Positions 1 to 11,172 of a stretch of DNA of 64,000 nt are shown piece by piece; positions within the stretch are counted from its first letter, which is position 1, and each line of letters begins with the position of its first letter. The notes beneath the pieces are model-generated. The model saw only the letters and a program-made list of their open reading frames with translations, did no database searches and was not told where the DNA came from. The stretch is taken from assembly GCF_009914755.1 (NCBI RefSeq), contig NC_060927.1. One strand, 5' to 3'. This DNA comes from the human T2T-CHM13v2.0 reference genome, Homo sapiens. Made by a program: the position numbers and the translations under genes.

Positions 1-221
1 ATCTACCTGACTTCAGTTTTCTTGCGGGGGAAATAAAGGTCAGACATGGTAAATGGCAATCCAAGTCTTAGCCAGGGAATGAAGAGGGACCAAAACAAAC
101 ATGAGAAGGGGAAGTGCTTTGGCATGATCACATTCTCCACTACTACGAAAGGTCTGGAATAGTGGTAATAAAAATCATCAGTGATGCTGGTGATTAAAAA
201 AAACACCCCAGTAAATATTAC

Positions 222-461
222 CTTTGGTGGAATGTCTTCTTCCTGTCGTAACCAAGAGCTTCGGTCAAACTTTTCAATGCGAGTGGGGAGAGGAGGATTT
301 TCCGAGGTGGGATCTGAGTTCTGGCGTGGCATCTCCACGCGGTGGGAGGTCACGTTCAGAGCCTCCTGAAACCCAGAGAGGCCCTTTGTGGGCTGCTCGT
401 GCACTGACTGGGAGGCGGTCAAGGCAGGTCCCTGGGATTTTACAGCTACCAGATGTGGGAT
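222..461 (-). CDS. TNIK: TNIK coding exon (inferred exon 17), 240 nt
   Basis: Encodes IPHLVAVKSQGPALTASQSVHEQPTKGLSGFQEALNVTSHRVEMPRQNSDPTSENPPLPTRIEKFDRSSWLRQEEDIPPK. Acceptor gcttAG, donor AAG|GTAATA. Confidence 0.96.
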
Positions 462-2388
462 CTAAGCATCAAAACAACATGAAAACAGCACTATTAGAAG
501 AAAAAAGAGATCAGCCAGTACCTCAGTGAGCTGAAGGAAAAAAAAAAAAAAGTTCAAGGGCACAAAAATTGGACTATAGAGAGTCTATCACAACTATATA
601 TAGCATGTTTTTTAACAGCTCTTCAAAATTTTCCATTGGAACGATATGTAGGGTTGGCACAAAGTTAAATGATTTACTTGGGAACGCTAAGTCAGTGGAA
701 TGTGTGAAATAATAACAATAACTACTGTATATTTAGTGAATATTTATTGACCAGCAATGCAATGTATTTTATAAGCACTTCTCTGCTAATATTATGAAAT
801 TCCTCCTTTAAAACCCCTAACTTTTACATTAGAGGGTGTTGCTCTGTAAAACAAAAACTGCTCTAAATATCTTACTTGTTATGAACTCACTGAGTCCATC
901 CTGAGGTGGATACAGTCATTTCCCTCATTTTACACCGGAGCAATGTAAGGTGTAGAGAGGTTTAGCAATACCCTAGATTGCACAGATAACACCTGCTGGA
1001 GCATGGACTGGACCAGGCATTCTACACCCATAGCTCATAAACCTAACCTCTATGATATTCTACTTTCTCCTGTGCTGGCTCTTACCATCTATGCTGTCGT
1101 ATTATCTCTTGACACCAGGATGTAACTTTTTGAGTTAAGTATCTCAACTAGGCCAACTGGGCATGTGGTGATACTGTTCACGCAGGGAAGACAGGCAGTC
1201 TTTCAGCGAAGTTGTGGCTCTTAAAGACAAATCATTAAAATCCAGAGTGCAGGGCACCACTTTGCCATAGCACTGCTCACACCTCATAGTTAGTGCTTAT
1301 CTAAGCGTGTCTCCTATTACTTCACGAAGGTGAGCTCCCTAGAGAGAGGCACTATGTCTGTCATGCTCATCGTCATATCCCCTAGGCTAGCTCTGTGCCT
1401 GGCATGGGGAAGGTGTCCCATAAATCCTGGTTGGGGAAAAAATCTACAGTGCCTTCTAAATTACACTGTTAATTCAACAAACATTAGTTTAATATCTGTT
1501 TTGTGCAAGGACCTGTCAAATCCTCTTTGGTTTTAAATTTAAGTGCTGGAATGTTATTAATGACAGTTCAGAGGAAATCTTCAAAGCCCAGTTTAGCTGA
1601 ATGTTAAGCTTCAACCAGAATAGAACCTACTGGATTTATATTAATGTTAAATATCATTAAATAAATAATAATATTAAAACAAAGCCCATTTAAAAAAATA
1701 TCTAGTATAAAACACAAACCCACTTTAAAAGAGCCAAAAAATAAAAAAATAAAAAAAACCACACCACACAACCCCCAAACTGAAGCACCTGAAGAAAGCT
1801 TAAGTGAATTAACTGTCACAAAATATCTACATTTTCACTCTGGTTGTTCTCATCAAGTACATTTTCCCTCTCTTCTCCCCTTTTAAAGGCCAAAGTACCT
1901 TCCAAGGTCAACGTTAGGGGTTTTAAAAGAGGATATTTGTACATTAAAATAGAAATTCCTGTAAAAAAATGTATCTTTTTGAGGGTTAGGCATGAAAGAA
2001 TTATATACAAATTAAAAACAGCCAAGAGGAAGATATGCCAAGCTGCCTGGTGCTGAAAAATCTTGGACTTTATTTATTAAAGGCAAACTGAAAACACAAA
2101 GAATACTTGATTTTATCACTACTCTTTTAAACTCCAGTTCAAACAGCATTACATATTTCAAAGGTGACCTTAAAATATTTCGTGGAAGTCTTAACACAGG
2201 TGGATGCCTGGAAGAAATTTAAGACATTTGGCAGAAGAAACTACATTATTTTTCATGGAATTCCTTAATCTATTTCACTTCATATTTCATTTTTGGCATA
2301 TATAACTTAAAAGTCCTGCAGAACTTCCAGAAACCCCCTCCTTTCCTAAAAGTGGAGTAATCTTTTTTCTTTACCCTATAGCTTTTAA

Positions 2389-2582
2389 TAGTTGTTCTCA
2401 AACTCTAAAGTACATTAGAATCACTTAGAGGTCTTGTTAAATCACAGACTGCCAGGCCTCCCCCACCCCCAGAGTTGCTGATCAGTTGGTCTGAAGTGGG
2501 CCCAATAATCTGCATTTCTATCAAGTTCCTGGGTGATGGTTGATGCTGCTGGTCCAGTGATTTACACTTTGAGAACCACTGG
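2389..2582. mobile_element. MER5A-like hAT-Charlie DNA transposon fossil
   Basis: Termini gttctcaaact...tttgagaaccactgg and internal cattagaatcac / tctgcatttcta motifs. Confidence 0.8.
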
Positions 2583-3023
2583 CTTAGAAGACGTAATTTT
2601 ACTTAACCAAGTCTATTTAATTTTTTCAGTTTCAGGCTCATGCCAAAGTCCCAAGAAAACAAAAAATATATAATGCACACACATACACACACCTCAAAGT
2701 TTCTATGAATTCTAGTTTTGGCAATTGCAACTAAAAGAATGCTTGTTCTCACCTTGCAGGAACTCCTATGGGTCCCCAGAGAGGCCAATTTAAATAGAAG
2801 TGAGTTTGTGGTTGACTCAAGTTTAAGGGTGATGCTTTTTTCTTTCTCACCTGTTCTTCTACTCTTAAAAATCAGTGGGGCCACCTATTTTACTATAAAT
2901 TCTATATTAAGGGTCATAATTTGATCCTGTGCCTGAATCCATGTTACAATTCCCTAGGCTTTTAATAATAGGTTTTCTTGTGCAACTTATTGGAATGCCT
3001 GATGGAATGGAGGCAGACTGTAC

Positions 3024-3188
3024 CTGGGGATCGACTGGTCTGAGCATGGGGGGTGTTCGAGCAGGCTGAACTCCACTAATGCTGAAGGACTCCGACCTTG
3101 GGGGCAGGTTGGGGTCAGATATCCTGTTGGCAACCTTGTGAGGCATGGCAGGGGAACTTTGCCGGTTGAGCCTTGACCGTTCTTCTAC
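3024..3188 (-). CDS. TNIK: TNIK cassette exon (inferred exon 16), 165 nt / 55 aa
   Basis: Encodes VEERSRLNRQSSPAMPHKVANRISDPNLPPRSESFSISGVQPARTPPMLRPVDPQ, phase 0/0. Acceptor T25-GGGTTGTAG, donor CAG|GTACAG. Confidence 0.96.
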
Positions 3189-3197
3189 CTACAACCC

Positions 3198-3222
3198 AAA
3201 AAAAAAAAAAAAAAAAAAAAAA
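3198..3222. repeat. (A)25 mononucleotide run, the U25 polypyrimidine tract of exon 16
   Basis: Direct count; ends 9 nt upstream of the exon. Confidence 0.95.
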
Positions 3223-5409
3223 GACAGCCTCAATGTATAGAAGTAGATCACCTTCTAGCAAGGATTTTCTGTAGTCACCTGCACAGCCATTTGAATCCTC
3301 TGATCAACTGATTTTAAGAAGACAAAACTCTGTGCTGCATCAAGAGTTTGCAAAGAGCAAACACTAGCAACAGCAACAACAAAATAGAACACCCAAGCCA
3401 TCACTCTTCCATTACCCATTATCTAGTGTTATTCGGTTAGCAGGGAATTCGTGACCTGCTAAGAGTTTATCTTGTATTGATTGTGATATTATCTTACTGA
3501 TTGGTCGCAATGCCATGGGGTCAGTGAGGAAGACAGTTTGCACTCTAGACAATCAAAGGGAATGGTAGCATGCATTTAGATGGCTTGGGGAACATAGAAA
3601 ATTGCTTTGGGTTGACTCATGGAACATGAGAGGAAGAACAAGAGGATGAAGCTGAGTGCATGCACCCTGCATTTCTTCACGTGTCCTACTGATAGACAAG
3701 TGGGTGTTCCAGGCTGCCTGCTTAATGCGCGTGGCGTGTTTCAAATAGGCTTCCTGTATCACTTTCTTTTTCTCTCTTTAGGGGTCTTTCTTTCCAGTTG
3801 TCTTTCCTGCTTCCTCAAATACACTGCCCCATCTCATTCTTTCATGTCCAGCTTGGACTCCACTGTCTTGCTCTCCCCTTTCTTCCTCCCTGTTTCTACA
3901 CATGTGGTGTTCATTCTTGCTTCTCCTCCTTTCTCTTCCCCTCTAACCCTGTCTTCTCTCAGGCTGTTTCATTTCCTTGTCATTCCCTTTCTTCCAGGGT
4001 CTCTTTCAGCCCAAAGCAGATAACAGATCCCAAGGGCTTCACGGGAAATGCTGAGCCAGTGAATGCCCTTTCTAAACAGGTCATCATTACCTTTAGTACA
4101 TATTTACAGCAGAAAGACTGCCTCGGAGGGCAATTTTAAAGAGAAACTTAGATAAACAAGGTGCGCACTCTAAGATATGGCTTAAGATCTTAGACAACTT
4201 CAAGAAGCCTATGACTTTTCTTCCAGATCTACTGTGTCCTGTCCTTTATTTCTTCAGGACCAACTTGACTGTTGTGCTTCCCAAAGCCACCAGGACAATG
4301 CAACCATTCTCCCCACACTGATGGCCTTTACAGTGAGCCCTTAATTCTCTTCTGCTGACTCACTGAGCATTTTAAGAACCCACGTGCAGATGTTCAATAT
4401 TCATGTCTGTTTGCATATTTTTTATGTAGCAGCTAAAAGTCTTTATTCATTTTACTGCCTGATTTGAAATAAAAACTTGAAAGAGCTATTTTCCCCCATC
4501 CTCCCTATCCCATTTTGAATCTTTCTAGAGGCAGACTCAATCAAATATACAAAGTAAGTCTGTTTTTAAACTCATACTAACCTCACATATTTTAACACAA
4601 TAAGATAAGCTACAGAATGAAAAACAGCCCTCCTGCCTCTAGTGAGGAGTAATTTGAACATCTCTTCCCCCACCATGGCTGTGCAGGGTACATACAATTG
4701 GCTTTGGTTTTGAAATCCCGTGTCCCAGAAGCTTACCACACACCAAATGAGATTTGCTGCAAAAAGCCAGGAATATAAACCAGAACATGTGTACTTTGTG
4801 TGTGCATGTGTGCGAAGTATTACATCAGCAATAATTATTTGGCTATTGCATTGAGCAAAAGAACAAAGCCAGCTTTGAGATAAGACCACAAAGAAGAAAA
4901 AGTCCCACAAAGACAGCAATAGATAAACTGAGATCAAGGCATGCAATATATCACTTTTCCAAATGCCAGACTCTTTGAAAGAAGGTTAATATTTCTAGAC
5001 CACTGGAATTGGTCAAATATTATCCATTTTCTTATTTTCAGGGTAGATCATTAATAGATAAGTCATACATAAGCATCCTTCAGTGTCTGAATTCCCACTA
5101 TCCAAACCACTTGTCACCCAAAATTCAGGAACAAAATATATGCAGAGTGAGGAATACTTGTAATTATTATTTTTGGCTCTAAAATACACTGATAGCTTTA
5201 AATGTACATTAAGGGACAGCACATTAAAAACAATAGTAGAAAAGTTTGCCCCCAAAGACTCTATCTTGGGCAAAGAAACCATTTTTGAGATAAAGAAAGA
5301 ATTCTTTTGGGAAGTGTCAGCAACAAGGCCCCAGTCTAAGCATCCCTGCTGCTAATAGGATCACAGGCCACAGGGGGCCCTAAAGCTATCATTAGAAATT
5401 AACAGGGCA

Positions 5410-5747
<338 letters not shown>

Positions 5748-8600
5748 TTAGTCATGTATAGATGTTGCTAATGTACTTCTAGTAAAAATTTCTTATGCTT
5801 TCTAACAGTTTACATATTAAATTCTATCATTAGTATATTTCAGTCGGTACCATTCTAAAAATATATGGCATAAGTAATTGTTACACTTTGAAAATTATTT
5901 CAGGAAGGCTCCAGTGTACTGAAATTTCCTGGGTTGAAGTTTGTCCAAAGAAAATTGAAAATCTAAGAAAAGGGTGTAACGATGAGGCATCTCATTACGT
6001 ACTTTGTCTCAAGAAAACCTAGTCCTGAAGTCTTTAGGAAGATAATGCCGCCCAAGTGTCTTTACACTGCAGAATCACCTTAAGAACTGGAGCAAAGGAT
6101 CAAATCAAACATTGGAAGTGGCACTTCTCCTAATAATACCTTCAGATGGACAGAGAGAAAGCTGGATGGGGTATCTAGGCAGGCCCTTTTCATTATTTTC
6201 ATACTAGACAAAGGCCTGTTCCCTGGTTTATCACAACTTATGTCTGCTGACTGAACAGGAGATAAATATGTGAGACAAAAAAAGAAAGTCTCCCTCCAAA
6301 CCCTCTCCCATCTAGAAGAAAGATACATGTGATTAAAAACTGGGAACAACAAGATATGTTTCAATGCCTGAGGATGTTCAAAAAAGTCTAGGAGCCAAGT
6401 TTCTGCTCCAACTGCCTGCTTCCAAGAAGACATAAAATGCCAGGAGCACCAATTAGAAAGTGTTCCAGTACCATCAGGTATGGAGTGTGAAGGTGCTAGA
6501 CCATAACAACAAAAGATACCTGTTATAAATGATTTCACAGTAGAAGGAATTATCAGAAATACAGAGAAGGTTAGCACAGACTGATCAACTTCACTATAAA
6601 AGTATTTTTTTCTTATTAAAAAATCGTTTCAACATGAAAACTAAAATAACTTTGGAGAAGTTTGGATCACCTCTGCAAAAATGCTATACTATTTACTATA
6701 GCATTATATAGAGAGAAAAAAAATAACTGTGGTCTCAGAAATAAAATTCTGCTCTAGACAGGTCTGTGTTATCCACTGCCTAGGATAGGAGTAATGTCTA
6801 TGGCCTCTGCTATATATAAAGGCTATACAAATATAGACAACTTAAAAATAAATTTGTTAATTTCAGGATTTCCAAAACAATTTCAAAATAAATTTTTTAA
6901 AAAGTTAAAACATAATAAAGAGAAACACTGTATCAATGTCAATTGTCAAATTGTTTTTTATATTTTAAAACAATTTGTAGGTTACAGTGTCTCACTTTAC
7001 AATAATGAATAACATCTACTGAGAATTTCAAAACATTTATAGAAGTAATTTTAAAACTGTTGACAGCAAATATATATTTACTATGTCATATGGGTGCATT
7101 CTAATAATATTTTATAATATGTAGAGTCCACGGGGTTTAGGAAGGTCTCAGAAGGCTTTACTTAAGAATTAATACATGGTGAATTCAACACAATCATATG
7201 GGTATTCTCTTTTTTTCCCCAACTGGACAAAACAGTTTGGTTTTTGTGTTTATTGGCAATGCTGGAGAAAGAGAAAGAAGCCAGTAAGTAACTTTTAAGT
7301 GCTCCTTAGATACTTTGACCCTGTACTCACTAGTCACATAAAGAGCTGAGTAATATCGTTGGGCAAAACCACATGGGCAGATGGTTACTGAGCAAGTTTG
7401 AGGATGCCCCTGCTCCGGGTCACCTCTGAGAACGGGGGAGACTCTCATTCATAAGGAATGCTTAAGATGCAATCTTGTCTGACTCTAAGGGCCTGGACTA
7501 TTTTCCCAGATCAACTTCTTACTAATATTCCAGAAAAACGTATAGATCCCTGTGTGAATGGAGCACATACTTAAAAGTAATGAAGCAAAATCTTAGAAAG
7601 TTGATATAGGAAATAAAGAAGTGCTTATCTATCACCTGGGAGAGGTGGGTGAAGAGATAGGCGACGCCAGTGAATTGGTCATATGAAATCCAGACCAAAA
7701 CAAGAGACAGAACACTTGTTCCTCATGAGCTACAACAGTCTTGGAAACAAAATAGGAATATGTTGAATACCATATTTCATTTGAATTTGTGTAGTATGTA
7801 ACTTTAAATGGCACGTGCATATTCATTATTGCCCATGAGCTTCCCAATTGTGAGGCAGATGTGCGGATGAGGAAGCTGCATCTCAGGAAGGCAGGAGACA
7901 CGCCCTAGGTCAGGCAGGCAGGAAGTGGAAGAACTTGAACTCAAACATACTCCTTACTATTTCCTTCCAGGTCTCTCCTATATTTAATCATAAGAGAGAT
8001 ATGCAGAAATGGAGGAAAGATATAAACTCTCTAAATGCTAGTTTGGGAACTTTATATATAAACTAACTAATATAAAAGGAAAAAGAAATCACTTAGGTAT
8101 AGAGCAGAGAAATCCGGATGGAGAAGGAGTTTTTATACACAGTGATTTCAAAGTCCAGTGAACTAATGGAAATAAAGAGATATTTTGGCCCTTATCAGAT
8201 TGATGTTTGCAAACAAACACTCCAGGACTGGCATATATCACAGAAAGAGAACACGATGGAGTGCTAAAAAAATTAAAATACAATCTCATGCAATACTCAT
8301 GTAAACAAAGCATTCTTTCACTGCTGAGCTTTGGTACAATTTTTTTTTTAAGTATGTGGGATGGAAAAGGAAGGGGAGCCCACACAGTTATTGCCAGGCC
8401 CAGAAAATCACATGCCATTTAAGGAGCAGAAGAAAGAAAAAGGAATCTCCATCATCCAAAAAGTGAGGAAGAAGACCTTCAAATTCTGCCGATGTTCAAC
8501 AGAACATCATACTGATATTTTCACAGTACATACCTGACATCCATCTCAACTCAGAAATGGCAGATAATTTGAAAGCAGTGAGAATGCCCCCAACCTGTCT

Positions 8601-8899
8601 ATTTATTTATGTATTTATTTGAAACAGGGTCTCACTCTTTGCCCAGGCTGGAGTGCAGTGGTGCAATCATGACTCACTGCAGTCTCAACCTCCCAGGCTC
8701 AAGTCCCACCCTCAGCCTTTGGTGTAGCTGGGACCATAGGCATGCACCACCATGCCCAGCTAATTTTTATTATTATCTGTAGAGACACGGTTTCACTGTG
8801 TTGCCCAGGCTGGTCTCTAACTACTCCTGGGTTCCAGAGATCCTCCTGCTTTTGCCTCCCAAAGTGCTGGGATTATAGACGTGAGCCACCGTGCCTGGC
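8601..8899 (-). mobile_element. AluJ-like element
   Basis: Diverged antisense Alu with a (TTTA)n tail. Confidence 0.9.
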
Positions 8900-9663
8900 T
8901 CCAAGCTGTCTTTTTAATGCAGAGACATTCATATTCTTTTAAATCAAGGCCAATGTGACATCCAGGACAGAAAGAATACTCAGTAAAAGGAGGGAGAGAA
9001 GAGCTCAACAAGATTTGCAAATGACTGAGCATTTTCACTTGCTCTACAATATCCAACATATTAATCAGAAAGGTACTCAGAAATGCAGTGATCACTTGTG
9101 TTTTACAAAATGAAGAAACAAGAACAGAGAGAACAAAGCAGTATAAGAGCATTACATTGCTGATAAAGGACTATCGATTTGGAATGAGGAAGAGGAGAAG
9201 TAGATGGAAAAGTAAGCAAAGAAGAAGAAAAAAAAACTTGATGAGAAGGCATAGAGCTGAGTTACAAAACAAATGCTGGAACAGATTACAGAAGAGGTTG
9301 CAGTAGGTGGAAGAGAGCTAGGTGATACCTTCAGTGGCACATGGGGCAAAATAGTCCAGACCCTACACAACAGGAGACGGTGGCATGGGCACAGAGGGTG
9401 CATTTGAAAAAAAGAAAATGGCATCCTTTTATTTTACTTCCAGAGGGTTTAACCCAGGTTTTCTTATAACTTGATAGTTAAGATACTGATAAGCTATGTT
9501 CATATTTAAAGTTTTGAAACGTGTATTACTACTTGGTCACTTTGAGCCCCTGCCTTCCTAATATGAGAAAAGACATCTGTAAATAATGCTTTACATAAAA
9601 AGTTCATACACTGCTGATGAGAAGCATTAAAAGATCAAGAATGTAAAGATCCTTGCACTGATT

Positions 9664-9669
9664 TTTATT
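9664..9669 (-). terminator. Candidate polyadenylation signal AATAAA for the putative terminal exon (second copy at 9428-9433)
   Basis: tttatt on the + strand about 240 nt past the ORF stop. TGTA upstream (~9737-9740) and T-rich sequence downstream on the minus strand. Confidence 0.35.
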
Positions 9670-9909
9670 CCTACTAAGAAGTGGGTGTTAAAAATGATGA
9701 CTCAAACCAAGGCAGACAATTATTTGTTCTTATTTGTACATCGATTGCTCCAGTCCTAAATTTAGCACTGTCACTCTCCTTCTATCAACTAAATGTTTCA
9801 TCTTTCTTCTAAAATATGATCACCCACTCTAAGACTTGGGAACTGTTTCATGAACAGACAACGGTTAGTTGGAAGCTGGATTATGTTAACCACACCCAGG
9901 AGCAGAGGA

Positions 9910-11172
9910 CTAAATATGAAATCCCCAAAGAATGTTCCCATATATCTGTGGAAATGCGTGAAGCCCAAAGGAAGCACACCAGATGCCAGGAAGCCAGGGA
10001 CCTTGGAAGATGTCACCCACCAGAGATGGCCCAGACTTATGGTGACTGGGAAACCTCACATCAGGAGTGCTTGATGACTCAGGCATGTTGTTTGCATGCT
10101 CAAATGCTGTGTTTCTTTTACTGCTAGGAGCCTGACCAGGAAGCATGAGGGAATTAAGAGGTCTAGAAAAGTGCCTTGATGACATCTGCAAAGATCTGCC
10201 CCCAGGAATGCCATGTCTCCTGAAAGCTTGGGAGCTATGAACTAGTTCTGAATAGAGAGGACAGACCAGTAAATTTAGTGATGAGGACAAATAGCAACTG
10301 GAAAACAGTGAAGTCAAGGTAGACAAGTTCAAATCACAAGGTGCTGGGTAGAGGCTGAATGAAGGAGGTGAAAACTGTTTCATGCTTTTCCCCCTCTTCT
10401 GGTACATTTGTGCATGAGGGAGCTGTCTAGGGGAAAGAAGAAATTCTGGAATGGTTTGCACAACATAATGATCTTTTCCAATGGGATCTGTAGGTGTCCC
10501 TCTCCTAAACTCATGCTTGGGGCTGGGAACACTGAAAGCCAAGTGGTCATGCATCAAGGGGAGGTCGCTTAGCGATGCAGCATTTCTTAGAAAAGTAGAA
10601 GCACTTGTAAAGATGCATGAGTTCATGCTCTTCCTGCCCCAAGGTCTACATGAATCTCTAAGGCCCTCCTGAATTGCAGTAATGGACAACTCGGGGCTTG
10701 TCACTTTGGAGACGTTGGGAGAAGACACACAAATGACCTTAGATCCTAACTCTCGAGTTGGGCTACATCCTTGGGAGTGAGAGTGCCTTGGAGATCTCAC
10801 TATGGTCCTCAAGACTTCCTGAGGCTTCATTTGTTCTTCCAAACCAAGTCTAATAGGACAAGCTCGTCCATCTTTCTCCCATGGGTGATGCTCAAGCAGG
10901 AGTCTTGGTCTGGAATCATTAATTCCTGCAGGTGCTACTGACATTAGCTTTGTAGAGGCTAGTTTTTCAGTGGTCTGAACACCTGCCATGGTCAGGAGCT
11001 GTGGGTCTGGCTTAGCTGAGGATTTCAACTTGGCATGGCTAGGAAATGGTTTAGCAGTAGAGGAAGGTGGTGCATGCCTGCCAGCCAAGAAGCATGTCAG
11101 CTGCTGTTTAGCAGCATAGTGATTTTGCTTAGCTGGAAGAACAGGTGGATTATTAAGGGGTCGATGCTGTAC
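9910..11172 (-). CDS. Candidate non-canonical large (terminal) exon of TNIK, 420 codons plus stop, Ser/Pro-rich
   Basis: The 392-aa ORF in the track extends 28 codons upstream without a stop (VQHRPLNNPPVLPAKQNHYAAKQQLTCF) to tactcccAG| at 11173-11174. It is in phase 0 with exon 15. An in-frame TGA lies 4 codons upstream of the AG. Confidence 0.6.
   Translation of the reverse strand, partial: VQHRPLNNPPVLPAKQNHYAAKQQLTCFLAGRHAPPSSTAKPFPSHAKLKSSAKPDPQLLTMAGVQTTEKLASTKLMSVAPAGINDSRPRLLLEHHPWEKDGRACPIRLGLEEQMKPQEVLRTIVRSPRHSHSQGCSPTRELGSKVICVSSPNVSKVTSPELSITAIQEGLRDSCRPWGRKSMNSCIFTSASTFLRNAASLSDLPLMHDHLAFSVPSPKHEFRRGTPTDPIGKDHYVVQTIPEFLLSPRQLPHAQMYQKRGKSMKQFSPPSFSLYPAPCDLNLSTLTSLFSSCYLSSSLNLLVCPLYSELVHSSQAFRRHGIPGGRSLQMSSRHFSRPLNSLMLPGQAPSSKRNTAFEHANNMPESSSTPDVRFPSHHKSGPSLVGDIFQGPWLPGIWCASFGLHAFPQIYGNILWGFHI

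Noticed and set aside
3-221. ORF continuing past exon 17 (VIFTGVFF...)
   Set aside because: Read-through of the canonical AAG|GTAATA donor into intron; no independent coding signal.
2907-3023. 38-codon in-frame extension of exon 16
   Set aside because: Short enough to be chance, and a normal donor sits at 3023.
3619-4139. Hydrophobic + strand ORFs of 134 and 113 aa
   Set aside because: They arise from a CT-rich low-complexity stretch poor in stop codons, antisense to TNIK and without splice context.
9088-9306. K/R-rich + strand ORF
   Set aside because: It is the reverse complement of intronic pyrimidine tracts.
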